In this document: positions 59,222 to 64,000 of the stretch, piece after piece | Numbering within the stretch: the stretch's first letter is position 1 | Layout: the number at the start of each line of letters is the position of its first letter | Source of the DNA: Spirochaetia bacterium | Lineage (GTDB): Bacteria > Spirochaetota > Spirochaetia > SZUA-6 > Bin103 | Assembly (NCBI GenBank): GCA_965198005.1 | Contig: CBDAOI010000001.1 | Location: forward strand, 160,001 to 224,000 | DNA length: 64,000 nucleotides | Reading direction: 5' to 3' | Position numbers and translations under genes: made by a program | The notes under the pieces: generated by a model | The model's database searches: none | Told to the model about the DNA's origin: nothing | The model's input: only the letters and a program-made list of their open reading frames with translations

Positions 59222-60628
59222 ATGCATAATATCCGAGTGGAGTTCGTAGATCGTCGCGACGAGTTGCTCCGGCTGGATCGGGCGATGCGGCAGCCGGGGG
59301 CGTTTGCCGTCATCTGGGGCCGGCGCCGCGTCGGCAAGTCGCGTCTACTCATCGAGTGGTCGCGGCGGAATCACGGGCTGTACACGGTCGCCGATCAGTC
59401 GGCGCCTGCCATCCAGCGACGTTACCTCGCCGCCGCTGTCGCGCAGCGATTTCCCGGGTTTGCCGATGTCGAGTATCCGGATTGGCGTGCCTTCCTGGAG
59501 CGCCTCTCGACGGCTGCTGCGCACGCGGACTGGCCGGGACCGTTCATCGTCGACGAGTTGCCCTACCTGATCGCCGCTGATCCGTCGGTCGTGGGGGTGC
59601 TGCAGAACTGGCTCGACCGTCCCGAGCGGCGCCCCTGCCTGGTGGTCAGCGGATCGAGCCGGCACATGATGCACGGCGCCGTGCTCAGCGCCGATGCCCC
59701 TTTGTTCGGCCGTGCAGTCGAGGCATTCGCCGTGCGCCCGCTCAGACCGGGATACCTGGCCGACATCTTCGGCGGGTTACGCCCCCGGGACTTGGTGGCC
59801 CTGCACGCGCTGTGGGGCGGTATGCCGCGCTACTGGGAGCTCGCCCGGCCGTACGGAGACGACCTTGGCACGGCGATTGACACGTTGGTTCTCGATCCGG
59901 CCGGGCCGTTGCACGACGAACCGGATCGCCTGCTGCTGGCGGAGACGCCGCCCGCTACCGCGCTACGGCCGGTGCTGGACGTGATCGGTGCCGGTGCGCA
60001 CCGCATGAGCGAGATTGCCGCCCGACTCGGCCGGCCGGCCGCCAGTCTGTCGCGGCCGCTGGCGACCCTGACCGAGATGAACTTCGTGCGGCGCGAGATC
60101 CCATTCGGGAGCAATCCGGCGTCGGGCAAGCGCAGTCTCTACCGGATTGACGATCCGTTCCTGAGACTGTGGTTCCGCGCCGTTGCGCCGCACCGGGCGG
60201 TCTTGGCGGAAGCGCCGCGTGACACGCGGCTGGCCTACTGGGGCCGCCACCGGACGAGTCTGGAAGCGTACGCGTGGGAGGAGTTGTGCCGGATGGCGGT
60301 GCCGATGCTCCATCGGGACGACTCTCCGTTGGCGCGCCTGGGTCCGTGGGAGCCGGCGCAGCGTTACTGGCGCGGCAACGCCCCGGAGTTCGACATCGTG
60401 GCGCGTTCCGTCGACGGACGGCGGCTGCTGGTGGGCGAGACGAAGTGGTCGGCGCGTGAGCGGACGGTGTCCCGTGCCGGCCGGCGAATGGGGGTCGACG
60501 CCATACCCGGGACGAACGACCGTGAGGTAGTCAGCGCTACGTTCGTGCCCGCCGCATCGTCGAAGATGGATTCGGCGACCGGCGTGCACTTGGTTGACGC
60601 CCGCACGATATTGGACCTTCTCCGGTAA
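59222..60628 (+). CDS. Archaeal-ATPase/DUF234-type ATP-binding protein with C-terminal nuclease-like motif
   Basis: FVDRRDEL, GRRRVGKS, IVDELPY, GGMPRY, DPFLRLWF and EFDIV...GETKW. Confidence 0.88.
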   Translation: MHNIRVEFVDRRDELLRLDRAMRQPGAFAVIWGRRRVGKSRLLIEWSRRNHGLYTVADQSAPAIQRRYLAAAVAQRFPGFADVEYPDWRAFLERLSTAAAHADWPGPFIVDELPYLIAADPSVVGVLQNWLDRPERRPCLVVSGSSRHMMHGAVLSADAPLFGRAVEAFAVRPLRPGYLADIFGGLRPRDLVALHALWGGMPRYWELARPYGDDLGTAIDTLVLDPAGPLHDEPDRLLLAETPPATALRPVLDVIGAGAHRMSEIAARLGRPAASLSRPLATLTEMNFVRREIPFGSNPASGKRSLYRIDDPFLRLWFRAVAPHRAVLAEAPRDTRLAYWGRHRTSLEAYAWEELCRMAVPMLHRDDSPLARLGPWEPAQRYWRGNAPEFDIVARSVDGRRLLVGETKWSARERTVSRAGRRMGVDAIPGTNDREVVSATFVPAASSKMDSATGVHLVDARTILDLLR

Positions 60629-60694
60629 ACAGCCAGCGGCCCGGTGAGGTCGATCTCCCTGGCGACCTGGCCGCCTCCTTGGAGCGACCGCCGT

Positions 60695-61711
60695 CTACTT
60701 GGTCGGATCGTCGCTCACCTGCACCAGCAGCTTGCCGAAGTTGGTGCCCTCCAGCATGCCGAGGAAGGCGGCAGGGGCGTTCTCCAGTCCGATCACCACC
60801 TGTTCCCTGTACTTGAGCGCGCCGCTGCGCACCCAGGTCGCCAGCAGCGCCAGCGCCTCCTCGTGGCGGTCGGCGAACTCGCCCTGGTTGAATCCGCGCA
60901 TGGTGGCGCGCCGGGCTTGGATAAAGCGGCTCAGGTGCGGGCCGGTCCACTCGCTGTCCAGCGCGTCGTTGTATTCGGCGATGGCGCCGCACAGCGACAG
61001 GCGGGCGCCCAGGGCGAGGTGGGCGGCGACCGCGTCGATCACCGTGCCGCCGACGTTGTCGAAGTAGACGTCGATGCCGTTCGGGCAGGCGGCGGCGAGT
61101 TCGGCCGACAGGTCGCCGGTCTTGTAGTTGACGCACGCGTCGAACTGCAGCTCGTCGACCACGTAGGCGCACTTCTCGGCGGTGCCGGCAGTGCCGACCG
61201 CGCGGCAGCCCTTCATCCGGGCGAGCTGGCCGACCACCGCGCCCACCGCGCCCGATGCCGCGGACACCACCACCGTTTCGCCGGCGACCGGCCTGCCCAC
61301 TTCCAGCAGACCGAAGTAGGCGGTGACGCCGGGCATGCCGACCACGCCCAGGGCGGTCGTAATCGGCACCAGCTCCGGGTCCAGGACGCGCAGCTGCGAC
61401 CCGGCGACGGCGCCGTAACTCTGCCAGCCGTAGCCGCCCACGTATTGGCACACCAACTGCCCCGGCTCGAAACCGGCGGCGTTCGAGACCACCACTTCCC
61501 CGACCACGCCGCCGACCATCACCTCGCCGACCGCCGCGGGCGTGCTCATGCGGCCGCGCATGTAGGGGTCGAGCGAGAGGTAGATGGTGCGCACCAGTAC
61601 TTCTCCGGCCTGCGGTTCCGGCACCGGTCCCTCGACCAACTCCAGGTCGTCAAGGGTGGGCCTGCCCGCTACCAGCCTGCGCAGCACCACTTGCTTGTTC
61701 GTTTCGGCCAT
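60695..61711 (-). CDS. NADP-dependent oxidoreductase (CurA/prostaglandin reductase-like)
   Basis: YLSLDPYMRGRM, GMPGVTAYFGL, SAASGAVG, YFDNVGG and NFGKLLV. Confidence 0.92.
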   Translation of the reverse strand: MAETNKQVVLRRLVAGRPTLDDLELVEGPVPEPQAGEVLVRTIYLSLDPYMRGRMSTPAAVGEVMVGGVVGEVVVSNAAGFEPGQLVCQYVGGYGWQSYGAVAGSQLRVLDPELVPITTALGVVGMPGVTAYFGLLEVGRPVAGETVVVSAASGAVGAVVGQLARMKGCRAVGTAGTAEKCAYVVDELQFDACVNYKTGDLSAELAAACPNGIDVYFDNVGGTVIDAVAAHLALGARLSLCGAIAEYNDALDSEWTGPHLSRFIQARRATMRGFNQGEFADRHEEALALLATWVRSGALKYREQVVIGLENAPAAFLGMLEGTNFGKLLVQVSDDPTK

Positions 61712-61974
61712 TGGACCTCCTCGCGCCGTCGCGGACGCTTCACTGAAGCTCTTGGATAACGCCATTGGATCATGCCAGCGCGGGTGAATGCAACCGCGCC
61801 GACTGAGCTGCGCTTCCGACGAACGTCAGGCTGTCCCCGACGCTCTGTTTCACGCCGGCCGACTCAGTCGACTTTGAGAATCTGCAAGCCGCGGTGCTGG
61901 TTGCGTTAAGCAGGGTCGGCTTGCTGCTCGTCTGATCACTTCGGGTTGCTTCCGCTCGACCGTTGCGAGGTTCC

Positions 61975-62742
61975 GTAGCGGCCGGCTCCACCCCGCAGCC
62001 GCGGATCGAGCAGGTCGCGCACGGCATCGCCGAACATGTTGATGCCGTACACGACAATGGTCAGGCACAGGCCCGGCCAGATCGCCAAGCGCGGCGCGAT
62101 CGTCATGTACTGGTGTCCTTCCCGGCTGAGCATGCCACCCCAGCTCGGCACTTCCGGCGGCAGCCCGAAGCCGAGGAGGCTCAGCGAGGCCTCGGCCACG
62201 ATCATGGCGCCGATCGTGATCGAGAAGATGATGATGATCGGGGGCATGACGTTGGGCAGGACGTGTCGGCGCAGGGTCTGCGCGAGCGGGCCGCCAACCG
62301 CCCGGGCCGCCCGGAAGTAGTCGTTCTCCTTGATGGCGATGACGGCACTGCGCACCACCCGGGAATTGGTGACGCCCGAGGATATGCCGAGAACGAGAAT
62401 GATCTGCAGCAGACCGCGGCCGGCCAGCGACAGGATCGTCAGCAGCAACAGCAGCCCGGGAATGGACATCCACGCGTCGACGAAGCGCTGCCGGACACCA
62501 TGGGATAGTCCCGCTCCAGGAGGGCGTCCAGCAACAGACGGCCGATCCCCGGCAGGTTGAAGATGTTCTCCATTATCACCGATCCGCCGACCAGGATGGG
62601 GAGCTGCAGACCGGTCAGGGTGATTACCGGAATGAGGGCATTCTTGATGGCGTGCCTGAGCACCACCACTCGTTCCCGCAGCCCCTTGGACCAGTTCCAC
62701 CAGATCGCCGGGAACACGGTAACCATCACCCCCAGCCGGTGC
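61975..62742 (-). pseudogene. Collapsed module 8: DppB fragments fused to the DppC 3' half
   Basis: LGVMVTVFPAIWW|SKGLRER...ERDYPMVSG|QRFVDAWMS...DLLDPR. Confidence 0.85.
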
Positions 62743-62744
62743 GG

Positions 62745-62850
62745 AATCAATACTCAGCCGAGCGCCTCTCAAGTAATCCAATCCCAGAATGCCGTCGACA
62801 CTCGTACTCGGCGGCAGAGTGTGAGCGAGGACGCTCGTCGGCGTAGCGAA
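62745..62850 (-). pseudogene. Retropepsin-like aspartyl protease C-terminal fragment
   Basis: VLAHTLPPSTSVDGILGLDYLRG. Confidence 0.55.
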
Positions 62851-62864
62851 CGTCGGATGAACGA

Positions 62865-63690
62865 GTCTCCAGCGTACCGGAGGTAACGTCGACGGCCGTA
62901 CGGTTGTGCGAGTCAAGCTTATCTTCGAGGCCTCCGATCAGGGGTCCGATCGGGCCATCGAACAGGCGTTCATCCACGATCGGACAGTCGAGCGCGGTGC
63001 CGGCGATGCGGAGGAATTGAACGTAGGCACCCGGAAGGTAGTCCCGCGGGTGCTTTCCCAGGATCAGTATCCCGCAGATCGTGGGCCGCGGGTCGTCGGC
63101 CGAAGCGAGCATCTTCATGCTCGCGAGCCGCTCGATGGTGCTCCGGTCGTTCTGCTCCAACGCCGCCGCATCGATCGCCCGCGGCAGATATTCCTGCTCG
63201 AAGTAGCGCAGATCCAGGTCAGTGAGCCGCGCTCCGGGCGCCGGATGGGCGTCGAATGAGCTTTCGCGGTGACGGCGCTTCTCGTTCAGGATCCGCTCGT
63301 CCTGCAAGCTCGCCACGGCTCGCCGCGGCCCCACGCGGATCCAGGTGCGTCCCCGATAGCGGACCGGCGGGGAGTCGGCGGGTTGCACCGTAACGACTGC
63401 GACCTCGTGTCCTGCCAGAACCTGTTTGCTGACGGTCAGGGTCGGTGGTGGCACGATGTTACCGTCGGTCTTGATGTCGGCAAGCTGGCGCAGGAGTGCG
63501 TCGGTGATCGGCAGACCGATGGGCCTGCCGGCGTCATCCGCCCCCACGAACACGACGCCGGGCCGTTGGTGGTCGGGGAGGTCATTGGCAAACGCACAGA
63601 CCGCCTCCCTGATGCCGGTTGGGGCGTCTCCGCGCAGCGACTCCTTGCGCTCGACCAAGTCGGACTCGACATCTTGCAACATGGACTCAG
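62865..63690 (-). pseudogene. AlbA_2/Schlafen-domain ATP-binding regulator, truncated
   Basis: ESDLVERKES, EAVCAFAND, VFVGADD and PGAYVQFLR; C-terminal domain missing. Confidence 0.78.
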
Positions 63691-63744
63691 AACATCTGTT
63701 CCATGATGACCGCGCCGGTAGGTCGAGCGCGAGGTAGTCTCCAG

Positions 63745-64000
63745 TCTCCAGCACGAAGTCAGGCACCTTGCGCTCCTCCCACAGCCGGTAGCTGGAGCGG
63801 TCGGCGTTGGCCACGCCCAGCACCACGAACACGTCCGGCGCCACCCGGCGGCTGCGAAAGTGGTGCCGCAGCCGGTCGACGGCGTAGGTCAGCGGGGTGC
63901 GCTGGAAGTCGCTTTCCGCCATCGGCCGGCCGTCGGATGAGGGGTAGTGGACCTTGGCGGGAGCGAGCAGCGGGCTGGCCAAGGCTATCCTCCATTCCAC
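63745..64000 (-). pseudogene. Uma2-family fragment with internal deletions
   Basis: YPSSDGRPMAESD, VAPDVFVVLG, RSSYRLWEE and PDFVLE. Confidence 0.75.

Noticed and set aside
22727-62742. Classical integron
   Set aside because: No tyrosine integrase and no recognisable attC sites
62747-64000. Novel Uma2-AlbA fusion protein (417 aa ORF)
   Set aside because: Both parts are truncated; a chance in-frame join of deleted relics is more likely

Overview
This is a high-GC bacterial window with no rRNA, tRNA or CRISPR seen. The SBP signal-peptide style and the many Uma2 genes resemble host-associated Spirochaetota MAGs, but that assignment is inference only. Positions 1-22.7 kb are mostly housekeeping: a coproporphyrin-type haem cluster (chdC-hemE-hemH-[broken HsdR-like insert]-hemY), CBS-korA-korB-CBS, gpgS, an M20 peptidase, an ATPase, YbjQ, TrmH, a TPP enzyme, an amidohydrolase, MazG, NYN and a double CoA-transferase. 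Positions 22.7-64 kb are an accessory region built from about 8 co-oriented (minus-strand) copies of a family-5 ABC module (SBP-permease-permease, never an ATPase). Two copies are fully intact and the rest are frameshifted or collapsed into mosaic fragments. Toxin-antitoxin genes and Uma2 relics sit between the copies. A repeated non-coding unit (sigma70-like promoter, conserved short leader, often a poly-G/C tract) precedes several modules. A shorter homologue of this unit forms a 5-unit tandem array directly upstream of an IS110 element whose left end looks like a bridge RNA. A mobile cluster at 42.7-48.8 kb also holds an IS1634 remnant with long direct repeats and a group II intron with non-canonical ends. 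All calls come from motif recognition by eye; no searches were run.
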